From Lysobacterales bacterium (lineage in GTDB: Bacteria > Pseudomonadota > Gammaproteobacteria > Xanthomonadales > SZUA-36), in assembly GCA_036351575.1 (NCBI GenBank), contig JAZBPJ010000131.1, positions 10,186-74,185 of the forward strand: DNA of 64,000 nucleotides. Reading direction: 5' to 3'. Below, piece after piece: positions 17,936-26,885 of the stretch (its first letter is position 1; the number at the start of each line of letters is the position of its first letter). The notes beneath the pieces are model-generated. The model was not told where the DNA came from and ran no database searches. It saw only the letters and a program-made list of their open reading frames with translations. The position numbers and the translations under genes were made by a program.

Positions 17936-19111
17936 TCAGATAACGATTTCTTCCGCCGGTTGACGGCGGTTGTACGAAGAGGACATGACCCTGCCGTAGG
18001 CGCCCGCGTTCGTCACCAGCATGACGTCGCCTTCCTTGCAGGCAGGCAGCATGCGGTCCGCACCGACGATGTCGCCCGATTCACAGATCGGCCCGACCAC
18101 CTGGTAGGTCATGGACGCTTCTTCTTCGAGCCGGTCCAGGTTCACGATGTGGTGGTAGGCGCCGTACAGCGCCGGGCGGATCAAGGAGTTCATCCCGGTC
18201 GCGATGCCAAGGTAGTTGTAGTCACCCTTGGACTTCAGTTGCGTGACGCGCGCCAGCAGCACTCCGCACTCGGAGGCCAGGTAGCGCCCGGGCTCCAGCC
18301 ACAGGTCGACGTCGACATCCCCAAGCGTGCGTTCGAGCAGTTCGTCGAAACGCTCGAGATCCAGGGCCGCCTTTCCAGGCCGGTCGGGCACACCGAGCCC
18401 GCCGCCCAGGTCCAGTACGCGTGCGTCCGGGAACTTCGGCAGGACCGAGACAAATCGCTCCAGCTGCTCGCGCCAGACATCGACGTCCGTCACGCCGCTG
18501 CCGGTATGCGTGTGCAGCCCGGTCACGGTAGCGCCCTGTGCGCTGAGCGATTCCATTACCGCGTCGATGTCGCGCAGCGATATGCCGAACTTGGAGTCCG
18601 CACCGGCCGTGACCACCTTCTTGTGGTGGCCATAACCGGCCTCGAGATCGAGCCGCAGAAAAAGGGATTTTCCCGCGAACAGACCGGGCCAGTTGTGCAC
18701 CGCCCAGGCGTTGTCCACGGTCAGTTGCACGCCCGACTTCAACGCGGCCTCGTATTCCGCGCGGGGCGCGAAGTTGGGTGTGAACAGCAGGTCCTGCTCT
18801 GTCACCCCGGGCACGTTTTCCAGGACGTGGCGAACCTCGTTCCAGGAAACGCATTCAAAACCGCAGCCCGCTGCGGCCAGGGCGCCGAGCAGGGCCGGGT
18901 GGTCGTTGGCCTTGATCGCGTAGAAGACGCGGCTGATGGACCGCAGGCCGTGCAGTCTCCGGGCCGCTTTCCTCGCCACGTCCAGGCGGTAGACAAAGGC
19001 GCTGTCGCGCCCTGCCATCAGTTCAAGCAATTCTTCGGCGTCCCGGCGCCACCAGGGCAAAGCGCTTTCCGTTCCGGTCACGCCGGCGTGCAAATCGTTC
19101 TGTTCCTGCAT
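17936..19111 (-). CDS. PLP-dependent decarboxylase of the Orn/DAP/Arg family (LysA-like)
   Basis: VFYAIKANDHPALL (PLP Lys), LDLGGGLGV, VVGPICESGD and AGAYGRVMSSSYN are diaminopimelate-decarboxylase-type motifs. ATG 19111 is used as the start. The track's TTG 19126 lies inside the rpoH terminator U-tract. Confidence 0.8.
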   Translation of the reverse strand: MQEQNDLHAGVTGTESALPWWRRDAEELLELMAGRDSAFVYRLDVARKAARRLHGLRSISRVFYAIKANDHPALLGALAAAGCGFECVSWNEVRHVLENVPGVTEQDLLFTPNFAPRAEYEAALKSGVQLTVDNAWAVHNWPGLFAGKSLFLRLDLEAGYGHHKKVVTAGADSKFGISLRDIDAVMESLSAQGATVTGLHTHTGSGVTDVDVWREQLERFVSVLPKFPDARVLDLGGGLGVPDRPGKAALDLERFDELLERTLGDVDVDLWLEPGRYLASECGVLLARVTQLKSKGDYNYLGIATGMNSLIRPALYGAYHHIVNLDRLEEEASMTYQVVGPICESGDIVGADRMLPACKEGDVMLVTNAGAYGRVMSSSYNRRQPAEEIVI

Positions 19112-19126
19112 CTCGCTACCTTGCAA

Positions 19127-19153
19127 CGAAAACGGCCTCCGCTGGGGAGGCCG
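19127..19153 (-). terminator. Rho-independent terminator of rpoH
   Basis: On the minus strand, CGGCCUCC-CCAGC-GGAGGCCG is followed by UUUUCGUU, about 30 nt after the rpoH stop. Confidence 0.7.
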
Positions 19154-19184
19154 CTTCTTCTGAATATCACTGCACGCCGAAAAC

Positions 19185-20045
19185 TCAGGCGGTCATCGAC
19201 GCCCTCATCTTCCTCAGGGCGTTTGCTTCGAGCTGCCGGATACGTTCCGCGGACACGCCGTAGCGGTCGGCCAGTTCCTGCAGCGTCAGCTTGTCTTCCT
19301 GCAGCCAGCGGCTGCGGATGATGTCCGTGCTGCGCTCGTCGAGTTCGTCCAGCCCGGCATACAGAAGGTTGTTGTGATGGTTGGACCAGTCTTCCTGCTC
19401 CAGTTCCAGCTGCGGATCGCGCGACTTGCTCTCCAGGTACGCCACCGGGGCGACGTAAGGCGTCTCGTCGTCCGCATTGTTCGGAAGGTCGAAACCGACA
19501 TCCTGGCCGGAAAGACGGGACTCCATCTCGAGCACGACCTCGGGCTTCACGCCCAGGTCTTTCGCGACGGTCTGGACCTCGTCGTAGTTCAGCCAGCCCA
19601 GGCGTTTCTTGGACTTGCGGAGGTTGAAGAACAGCTTGCGCTGCGCCTTGGTCGTCGCGACCTTGACGATTCGCCAGTTCCTCAGGATGAATTCATGCAT
19701 CTCGGCGCGAATCCAGTGCACCGCGAAGGAGACCAGGCGCACGCCGTGATCCGGATCGAAACGCTTGACCGCCTTCATCAGGCCGATGTTGCCTTCCTGA
19801 ACCAGGTCACCGAGGTTCAGACCGTAGCCCGCGTAACCCTTGGCCACGTGCACGACGAAACGGAGATGCGCCAGCACCATGCGGCGGGCAGCCTCCAGGT
19901 CGCCATCTTCGCGATAGCGGCGGGCGAGATCTCTCTCTTCTTCAAGGGTCAGAACCGGAACACGGTTCACTTCCTGGATATACGCATCCAGGCTGCCTGT
20001 GCCGGCAGGGACCAGAAGATGGCTTGGTACCAGTTCTTTGCTCAT
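19185..20045 (-). CDS. rpoH: RNA polymerase sigma-32 heat-shock factor
   Basis: 286 aa with [16 protein letters not shown], the RpoH box [13 protein letters not shown], and the conserved position after ftsX. Confidence 0.95.
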   Translation of the reverse strand: MSKELVPSHLLVPAGTGSLDAYIQEVNRVPVLTLEEERDLARRYREDGDLEAARRMVLAHLRFVVHVAKGYAGYGLNLGDLVQEGNIGLMKAVKRFDPDHGVRLVSFAVHWIRAEMHEFILRNWRIVKVATTKAQRKLFFNLRKSKKRLGWLNYDEVQTVAKDLGVKPEVVLEMESRLSGQDVGFDLPNNADDETPYVAPVAYLESKSRDPQLELEQEDWSNHHNNLLYAGLDELDERSTDIIRSRWLQEDKLTLQELADRYGVSAERIRQLEANALRKMRASMTA

Positions 20046-20169
20046 TAATCCTCCAGGGCAGCGGGGAATTCTAGCACAAATCAGCGCTTTTTAAAGCGTG
20101 AAAACACGCATTGCGCCGCTGGTGCCTGCGGATCCCTCCGGTATCGCCCAAAATAATTTGACTGGTGGT

Positions 20170-20197
20170 TTTGACAAACAAATCCGCGCCGGGTTCC
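20170..20197 (-). promoter_or_regulatory. Candidate sigmaE/AlgU-type promoter upstream of rpoH
   Basis: On the minus strand, GGAACCC, 16 nt, then TCAAA, about 125 nt upstream of the rpoH ATG. The architecture matches GGAACTT-N16-TCAAA. E. coli rpoH P3 is sigmaE-dependent. Confidence 0.4.
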
Positions 20198-20232
20198 AAA
20201 AACAACAAACCTTTTTTATTCAATACCTTGTG

Positions 20233-21219
20233 CTACTCATGAGCGCGTTTCCCGCTCCGTTTGCGGCGCGGGACTTCAGGCAGACCAAACACCTTGAGAT
20301 GATGCCTGACGGCCAGCCAGGAACCCAGCAAACCCAGCAGGCCGCCGCTTGCGAGCACCGCGGCGGTTTCGAAACCATCCAGGCCCAGCATGGAGAAACG
20401 GTTGCCGTAAGCGTCCAGCAACTGCTCGACCGGCGCGCGCAGGTACAGCAGGCTTCCCTCGAGCAATGCGAGCGCCAGCAAGGCGCCCGACAGGCCGTAC
20501 CACAGCCCGGAATACAGGAAAGGCTGTCGAATGAAGCCGTTCGGCGCACCCACCATGTTCAGCACCTGGATCTGGGCGGACTGGCCGGAAACGTCAAGCC
20601 TTATCGTGTTGGCCACGACGACGACGACAGCCAGCGAGAACAGCAGGCCGAGGACCCGGGACAGCGCCTGGCCAAGCGTCATGATGCCTTCCAGGCGCTG
20701 CAGCCACTTGTGATCGACCTGGACGAGCTCAACGGCGCCCTGCGCTTCGAGCCAGCCGGCCAGCGCGGCAACCGCTGCCTCGAGGTCACCACCTTCTGCG
20801 ACGTGCGGCGTGACGTGCAGCACCCAGGGCAAGGGGTTTTCATCGAACAGGTCCAGCGCCTGTCCGAGACCCGATGCCTCGCCGAATTCCAGCATGCCCG
20901 CAGCGGGCGACACGCTCTCGACCTGTGCGCCATGAAGCCTGCCGGCCTCGGCCGCGAGCGCCAGTGCCTCGCGCTCGCCGGCTGTGAGATCCAGAAAAAC
21001 GGTGATCGAACCCCAGCTTTCGCGCTTCAGATCCAGTGCTTCGAGGTTCTTGACCACCAGGTGCAGCCCCAGCGGCAACGCCATCGCCAGGCCAAGCACC
21101 AGGATCGTCATCAAGGTGCCGAGCCGGTGCGCAAGCAAATTGCCCAGGCTGGAAAAAAAGCTGTACAGCTGCCGGCGCGCCCAGGACCGCAGCCGCCTGC
21201 GATAATTCCGTTCAGCCAC
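20233..21219 (-). CDS. ftsX: Cell-division ABC transporter permease FtsX
   Basis: 328 aa with 4 TM segments and an FtsX-like N-terminus. Overlaps ftsE by 8 nt. Confidence 0.9.
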   Translation of the reverse strand: MAERNYRRRLRSWARRQLYSFFSSLGNLLAHRLGTLMTILVLGLAMALPLGLHLVVKNLEALDLKRESWGSITVFLDLTAGEREALALAAEAGRLHGAQVESVSPAAGMLEFGEASGLGQALDLFDENPLPWVLHVTPHVAEGGDLEAAVAALAGWLEAQGAVELVQVDHKWLQRLEGIMTLGQALSRVLGLLFSLAVVVVVANTIRLDVSGQSAQIQVLNMVGAPNGFIRQPFLYSGLWYGLSGALLALALLEGSLLYLRAPVEQLLDAYGNRFSMLGLDGFETAAVLASGGLLGLLGSWLAVRHHLKVFGLPEVPRRKRSGKRAHE

Positions 21220-21904
21220 GCTGCCCCCCTCCGATCTCCGAACCGGGAATATCGTGCGTCAGCGCTCCGTTCGAAAGCACCAGCACGCGCCGGCTCATGC
21301 GCCGGACCAGGGCGAGATCGTGGCTCGCAACCAGCACCGTGACGCCCTGCCGGTTGAGCTGGCGAAACAGCTCGAACAGCCCCATGGACAACTCCGGGTC
21401 GAGGTTGCCGGTCGGCTCGTCAGCGAGCAGGAGGGGCGGCATGCCCACGATCGCGCGGGCGATGCCGACACGCTGCTGTTCCCCGCCGGACATCGTCCCC
21501 GGCCAGGATTTTTCGCGCCCTTGCAAGCCAACCTTGTCCAGCGCGGCGCGAACGCGTTTGCGAATCTCGACGTAGTTGAAGCCGGCGATCAGCAAGGGCA
21601 GCGCCACGTTGTCGAACACGGTCTTGTCCGGCAGAAGCTTGTGGTCCTGGAAGATCATGCCGATACGCTGCCGCACCTGCGGCGCATGGCGCGAGGGTTT
21701 CCTGGTGAGGTTCTCGCCGTTGACGATGACCTGGCCGCCGCTGGGCCGTTCGAGCATGAGCGCGAGTCGCAGAAGCGTGCTCTTGCCGGCGCCCGAGTGC
21801 CCGGTCAGAAAGGCCATTTCACCCGCTGCCAGCTCGAAACTGACGTCCTTCAGGGCCGTGATGCCGCCCTCGTAACGTTTGCTGACGTGTTCGAAGGTGA
21901 TCAT
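21212..21904 (-). CDS. ftsE: Cell-division ABC transporter ATP-binding protein FtsE
   Basis: MITFEHVSKRY.., Walker A GHSGAGKST, signature MSGGEQQRVGIARA and Walker B LLLADEPTGNLD. Confidence 0.95.
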   Translation of the reverse strand: MITFEHVSKRYEGGITALKDVSFELAAGEMAFLTGHSGAGKSTLLRLALMLERPSGGQVIVNGENLTRKPSRHAPQVRQRIGMIFQDHKLLPDKTVFDNVALPLLIAGFNYVEIRKRVRAALDKVGLQGREKSWPGTMSGGEQQRVGIARAIVGMPPLLLADEPTGNLDPELSMGLFELFRQLNRQGVTVLVASHDLALVRRMSRRVLVLSNGALTHDIPGSEIGGGQRG

Positions 21905-21916
21905 CGGGTCGAGCGG

Positions 21917-23254
21917 TCAGCCGGAAGATTCACGCGACGGACGACGCCTGCGGCGGCGCTTTTTACTGTCGCCAGGCCCGCTATCCGCCCGGGCCCCGCC
22001 TGAACGGGGCCTGCCGCCGCCCCTGCCCCGTTTACCGCCGCCCTCGCGCCGCGGCTGCGGCGGCGCCTTCCTGACTTCCGGGAGCAGTTCCGGCCCGGCA
22101 TGCTCTATCGGAATGGCGTAGCCGATGTAATCCTCGATTTCCGGCAGGTGGAAAGCATAGTGCTCGCAGGCAAAACTGATGGCCTCGCCCCGCGCACCGA
22201 GCCGGGCCGTGCGGCCGATCCGGTGCACGTAATCGGGCGCGTCCTGCGGCAGGTCGAAATTGATCACGTGAGTGACATCGGGAATGTGCAGTCCACGCGC
22301 CGCGACATCGGTTGCGACCAACACCGGGATTTCACCGTCGTGAAAGCGGCGCAGCAGCGACTGGCGCTTCTTCTGCGGCACGGCGCCGGAGATGGACGCC
22401 GCCTGCAGGCCGTTGGCTTCCAGCGTGCGCTGAACCCGGTCCGTAACAACCCGTGTATTGGCGAAGACCATGACCCGCCCGCTCTCGATGCGGCGCAGCA
22501 GACCGATCAACAACGGCATCTTTTCGTCATTGGCGGGGTAATAAACCGACTGGACCACGTTTTCGACGGTCACGTTCTCGGTTTCCACGCGCAGCAGCTC
22601 GGGTTCATTCATATGCTCGTATGCCAGTTCGAGCACGCGGTGCGAAAGCGTGGCCGAGAACATCAGGCACTGGCGTTCCGCCAGCGGCGGCAAGCGCCTG
22701 AGCACGTAGCGGATGTCCTTGATGAAGCCGAGGTCGAACATGCGGTCCGCCTCGTCCAGCACCATCACCTCGATGCTGTGCAGGTTGAACACTTTCTGTT
22801 TGAAGTAATCGATGATGCGCCCGGGCGTCCCGATCAGCACGTCGACACCCGCCTCCAGCGCCTTGCGCTGCTTGTCGTAATCGACACCGCCGTAAGCCAG
22901 TGCAAAGCGCAGGCCGGTCTCACCGCCCAGTTGCAGCGCGTCCTTGTGAATTTGCAGCGCCAGTTCCCGCGTGGGCGCCAGCACCAGGGCGCGGGGATTG
23001 AGTCCCTCTTCTGCGGGGCTCGACTCGAGCAGGCGCTGAAAGATGGTCAGCAGAAAGGCGGCCGTCTTGCCGGTGCCGGTCTGGGCCTGGCCGGCCACGT
23101 CCCGCCCGGTCAGCGCAATCGGAAGCGTCAGTGACTGGATCGGCGTGGCGTGCGTAAAACCCGCGTTGTCGAGCCCGGCGCGCAGCCCGGGGTTCAGGTC
23201 AAGGGAAGAAAAAGCCAGTTCTGTCAGTGGCTTACTGCTATCGGTGTTGTGCAT
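21917..23254 (-). CDS. rhlB: DEAD-box ATP-dependent RNA helicase RhlB
   Basis: [44 protein letters not shown] and an Arg/Gly-rich tail. Close collinear similarity to E. coli RhlB, and E. coli-like rhlB / trxA-rho synteny. Confidence 0.9.
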   Translation of the reverse strand: MHNTDSSKPLTELAFSSLDLNPGLRAGLDNAGFTHATPIQSLTLPIALTGRDVAGQAQTGTGKTAAFLLTIFQRLLESSPAEEGLNPRALVLAPTRELALQIHKDALQLGGETGLRFALAYGGVDYDKQRKALEAGVDVLIGTPGRIIDYFKQKVFNLHSIEVMVLDEADRMFDLGFIKDIRYVLRRLPPLAERQCLMFSATLSHRVLELAYEHMNEPELLRVETENVTVENVVQSVYYPANDEKMPLLIGLLRRIESGRVMVFANTRVVTDRVQRTLEANGLQAASISGAVPQKKRQSLLRRFHDGEIPVLVATDVAARGLHIPDVTHVINFDLPQDAPDYVHRIGRTARLGARGEAISFACEHYAFHLPEIEDYIGYAIPIEHAGPELLPEVRKAPPQPRREGGGKRGRGGGRPRSGGARADSGPGDSKKRRRRRRPSRESSG

Positions 23255-23507
23255 TAATGCTCGCTCATAGGTGCGCCGGAACGTCTGGCCGACTTCCCTT
23301 CAGTGATTTTTCCGCAAAATCGCAGCAAGGGCTTGAAAATTGCTGCTCATGCCTTGAAATCGTTGAACAGTTCGGTTGAAATGAAGACCCGGCTTGCACA
23401 AACCATGTCCGGTTCCTTTTCGCACCCCGGGCCTCTGAATCAGTCCATATTAACCGTGCCGCTATCGATGTTCCAGTAACCTCACCGGCGCATTCAGGAG
23501 AAAAACA

Positions 23508-23834
23508 GTGAGCGATAAAATAATCCATGTAACCGATGGCAGCTTCGACGACGAAGTTCTGGGCGCCGAGGGACCGGTTCTGGTCGATTACTGGGCCGAG
23601 TGGTGCGGTCCCTGCAAAATGATCGCGCCCATCATCGACGAGATCGCCAGTGAATACGGTGACAAGCTCAAGGTGGCGAAGATGGATATCGACAGCAACC
23701 CCTCGACGCCCCAGCAGTACAACATCCGCGGCATCCCGACGCTGATGATTTTCCGCGACGGCAAAGTCCAGGCCATGAAGGTCGGCGCACTGACCAAGGG
23801 TCAGCTCAAGGCCTTTGTCGAGGAATCTGTCTGA
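23508..23834 (+). CDS. trxA: Thioredoxin
   Basis: 108 aa with the WAEWCGPCK active site. GTG start preceded by AGGAGA. Confidence 0.95.
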   Translation: MSDKIIHVTDGSFDDEVLGAEGPVLVDYWAEWCGPCKMIAPIIDEIASEYGDKLKVAKMDIDSNPSTPQQYNIRGIPTLMIFRDGKVQAMKVGALTKGQLKAFVEESV

Positions 23835-24041
23835 GTCCTGAAATTGCCTGCCGCGGTTAACTGGACGACCCGCGGCAATCATGCTAATTTGTGTCCATCT
23901 GCGGCCGGGCTCCCGCCCGGCTGGCAACTTCCCTGAACATGCACCGGCGAGATGTGCCGGCAACCGGTTTATAAGCGAACCCTTTCGAACGGCTGATTTG
24001 CCATTCCCTGACATAGCCATTGCACAGGCTTGAGCACGATC

Positions 24042-25298
24042 ATGAACCTTACCGACCTGAAACAGCAACCGATTTCCAAACTGCTCGAGATTGCGGACGA
24101 GATGAGCCTGGAGAACGTCGCCCGCTCCCGCAAACAGGACATCATATTCGCGATACTCAAGGCGCACGCCAAGAGCGGAGAAAGCATCTTCGGTGACGGC
24201 GTACTGGAAATCCTGCAGGACGGCTTCGGATTCCTGCGCTCCGCTGACAGTTCCTACCTGGCAGGCCCCGACGATATTTACGTTTCCCCGAGCCAGATTC
24301 GCCGCTTCGCCCTGCGCACCGGCGACATGCTGTCCGGCAAGATCCGGCCGCCAAAGGACAGCGAGCGCTATTTCGCGCTGCTCAAGGTCGAGGAAATCAA
24401 CTATTCCTCGCCGGATGCAGCCAAGCGCAAAATCCTCTTTGAAAACCTCACTCCGGAGTTCCCGACCGAGCAGTACATCTGCGAGCGGGGCACCGGCAGC
24501 ACGGAAGACATCACGGCCCGCATCATCGACCTCGTGTCGCCGATCGGCAAAGGCCAGCGTGGCCTGGTGGTATCGCCGCCCAAGGCCGGTAAAACCATCA
24601 TGCTGCAGAACATCGCCACCAGCATCCGGGCCAACCACCCCGATTGCAAGATGATTATCCTGCTGATCGACGAACGTCCGGAGGAAGTCACCGAAATGCA
24701 GCGTTCGGTTGACGCCGAGGTCATTTCCAGCACGTTTGACGAACCGGCCTCGCGCCACGTTCAGGTCGCCGAGATGGTTATCGAACGGGCCAAGCGGCTG
24801 GTTGAACACAAGCTTGACGTGGTGATCCTGCTCGACTCCATCACGCGCCTGGCCAGGGCCTACAACACGGTCGCCCCCTCGTCGGGCAAGGTATTGACCG
24901 GCGGTGTGGACGCCAACGCACTGCAGCGCCCGAAGCGCTTTTTCGGCGCCGCGCGGAACGTTACCGAGGGCGGTTCCCTGACGATCATCGCCACCGCGCT
25001 GGTAGAAACCGGCTCGAAGATGGACGAGGTGATTTACGAGGAATTCAAGGGCACCGGCAACATGGAAGTTCACCTGAGCCGCCGCATCGCGGAACGGCGC
25101 ACTTACCCGGCCATCGACATCAACCGATCCGGCACGCGGCGCGAGGAACTGATGATCGGCCAGGATCAGCTGCAGAAAGTCTGGATCCTGAGAAAGCTGC
25201 TGCACCCGATGGACGAGGCGCAGGCCATCGAGTTCGTGCTCGACAAGATGAAGGCGACCAAGACGAACGCCGAGTTTTTCAATTTCATGAAGCGCTAA
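24042..25298 (+). CDS. rho: Transcription termination factor Rho
   Basis: [25 protein letters not shown].. parallels E. coli Rho (MNLTELKNTPVSELI..), with the Walker A PPKAGKT. ATG 24042 is preferred over the track's TTG 24030. Confidence 0.97.
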   Translation: MNLTDLKQQPISKLLEIADEMSLENVARSRKQDIIFAILKAHAKSGESIFGDGVLEILQDGFGFLRSADSSYLAGPDDIYVSPSQIRRFALRTGDMLSGKIRPPKDSERYFALLKVEEINYSSPDAAKRKILFENLTPEFPTEQYICERGTGSTEDITARIIDLVSPIGKGQRGLVVSPPKAGKTIMLQNIATSIRANHPDCKMIILLIDERPEEVTEMQRSVDAEVISSTFDEPASRHVQVAEMVIERAKRLVEHKLDVVILLDSITRLARAYNTVAPSSGKVLTGGVDANALQRPKRFFGAARNVTEGGSLTIIATALVETGSKMDEVIYEEFKGTGNMEVHLSRRIAERRTYPAIDINRSGTRREELMIGQDQLQKVWILRKLLHPMDEAQAIEFVLDKMKATKTNAEFFNFMKR

Positions 25299-25325
25299 GC
25301 CCGCGCCCGAAGCGCGAGCTTCATT

Positions 25326-26306
25326 TCAGCCCAGTGTTTCAGCCGCGGCGCTCAGCGTCTGCGCATTGATCGCTGCGGTGTAACTGACATCCCGTTCGAT
25401 ACCCCGCAATGACTTCTTGATCATTCCTTCCAGGTTGGGGCGTTTTTCTTCCGGTGTCTCGCCCTGGCCGATGCCGCCGCCGAATTCAACGATGGCTTCA
25501 ACGCCGGAATCGAGCGCGGTAACCATGTTGGCGTGCCAGAGCACCGGGTTGAATAGCTGGAAAAACAACCGTGAGCGCAGCTGCTGCGGATCATCGTCAT
25601 GCAGACCGCCGCTGAAATTGGATAACACGGGAACTTCGGGCGCCGCAAAATCGGTGGCGGCGAGGTCCTGCCTGAAATGCCGCGCCGCGCCGACCATGTA
25701 ATAGGTATGAAAAGCGCCCTCGGTCTTCAACCGCACCGCGCGCTTGCGTGGAAATTGTTCTGAGACGAACTTTTCGACCTGCTCCAGGTCGTCTGCATTT
25801 CCCCCGATCACGGTCTGTTGAGGCATGTTGCAGCCGGCCACCGCGCAGTGGTAACGCTCAGCGATCGGGCGGATCGTATCGATATCCATCGGAAAAGCGG
25901 TCATCTCGCCTTCACCGTATTCACCCATCAGCTCGCCGCGCCGGGCAACCAGCTTGAGCGCGCTCTCGAAGTCCAGGGAACCCGCGGCCACCAGCGCAGA
26001 GTATTCACCCAGGCTATGCCCGGCCGCGATCGAGGCCCGAACGCGCCCGCCAGTCAGATCCCGGAGCACTTCGAGACAGGCGACCGAGTGGGTAAGCAGC
26101 GCCGGCTGAGTGAATCGCGTCAGGTTCAGCCTGCCTTCCGGATCGTTCGCCGAAAGCGCCGCGATATCGTATCCAAGCACCTCTCCGGCCCTTTCGTAGA
26201 TCGTTCGAGCGGTGGCGAATTCGCGGCACAGGTCGCTGCCCATGCCGGCGTACTGCGATCCCTGCCCGGGAAAAACAAAGAGGATGTTCGTTTGACTGTC
26301 GGTCAT
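25326..26306 (-). CDS. FabD-family acyl-CoA:ACP transacylase paralogue (malonyl-CoA-ACP transacylase-like)
   Basis: FVFPGQGSQYAGMG, GHSLGEYSALV (nucleophile Ser), ARRGELM (Arg) and GAFHT (His) are all present. There is a roughly 40-aa C-terminal extension. It is not in a fab cluster. Confidence 0.8.
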   Translation of the reverse strand: MTDSQTNILFVFPGQGSQYAGMGSDLCREFATARTIYERAGEVLGYDIAALSANDPEGRLNLTRFTQPALLTHSVACLEVLRDLTGGRVRASIAAGHSLGEYSALVAAGSLDFESALKLVARRGELMGEYGEGEMTAFPMDIDTIRPIAERYHCAVAGCNMPQQTVIGGNADDLEQVEKFVSEQFPRKRAVRLKTEGAFHTYYMVGAARHFRQDLAATDFAAPEVPVLSNFSGGLHDDDPQQLRSRLFFQLFNPVLWHANMVTALDSGVEAIVEFGGGIGQGETPEEKRPNLEGMIKKSLRGIERDVSYTAAINAQTLSAAAETLG

Positions 26307-26335
26307 CTTGCGGCCCGTGAAGCAATTGAGCGCGT

Positions 26336-26364
26336 AGAATATCCAGCGCTTTTCAGCAAAGCAA
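26336..26364 (-). promoter_or_regulatory. Candidate sigma70 promoter for the FabD paralogue
   Basis: On the minus strand, TTGCTT (26364-26359), 17 nt, then TATTCT (26341-26336), about 30 nt upstream of ATG 26306. Confidence 0.3.
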
Positions 26365-26411
26365 GACAGTGCCGGGACAGCAAGGGCCTTCGGGCCGTGC
26401 GGCCGGCCCGG

Positions 26412-26885
26412 TCAGGAAATCGCGGCGAAGGCCTCGCAAACTTGGGGCGGCGCCTGAACCAGCTCGATCAATACACCTTCGCCACCGACGGGAAACGCCT
26501 CGTCTCCCCTGGGGTGAATGAAGCAGACGTCGAAGCCGGCCGCACCCTTTCGAATGCCGCCCGGAGTGAAGCGCACACCGTTGTCGCGCAGCCACTGCTC
26601 GGCCGCGTTCAGGTCGTCGACCCACAGGCCGACATGGTTCAGCGCGGGCTTGTGCACGGCCGGCTTTCTTTCAGCGTCCAGCGGCTGCATCAGGTCGACT
26701 TCCACCCTGAAAGGTCCCGAGCCCAGCGTGGCGATGTCTTCATCGACGTTTTCACGTTCACTGCGAAAATTACCGCTGTAATCGAGTCCGAGCATGTCGA
26801 TCCAGAGCGAGCGCAGGCGCTTCTTGTCGAGCGCGCCGACGGCGATCTGCTGGATGCCCAGTATCCTGAACGGTCGTTCAGTCAT
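26412..26885 (-). CDS. mce: VOC/glyoxalase-fold protein, probably methylmalonyl-CoA epimerase
   Basis: 157 aa starting at the internal ATG 26885 ([29 protein letters not shown]..). Context lies between meaB and the rest of the propionate block. It overlaps the meaB stop by 8 nt (ATGACTGA). The upstream part of the track ORF is a Cys/Arg-rich shadow. Confidence 0.75.
   Translation of the reverse strand: MTERPFRILGIQQIAVGALDKKRLRSLWIDMLGLDYSGNFRSERENVDEDIATLGSGPFRVEVDLMQPLDAERKPAVHKPALNHVGLWVDDLNAAEQWLRDNGVRFTPGGIRKGAAGFDVCFIHPRGDEAFPVGGEGVLIELVQAPPQVCEAFAAIS

Noticed and set aside
23265-25205. 646-aa minus-strand ORF.
   Set aside because: Antisense to trxA and rho, both of which are highly conserved and clearly real.
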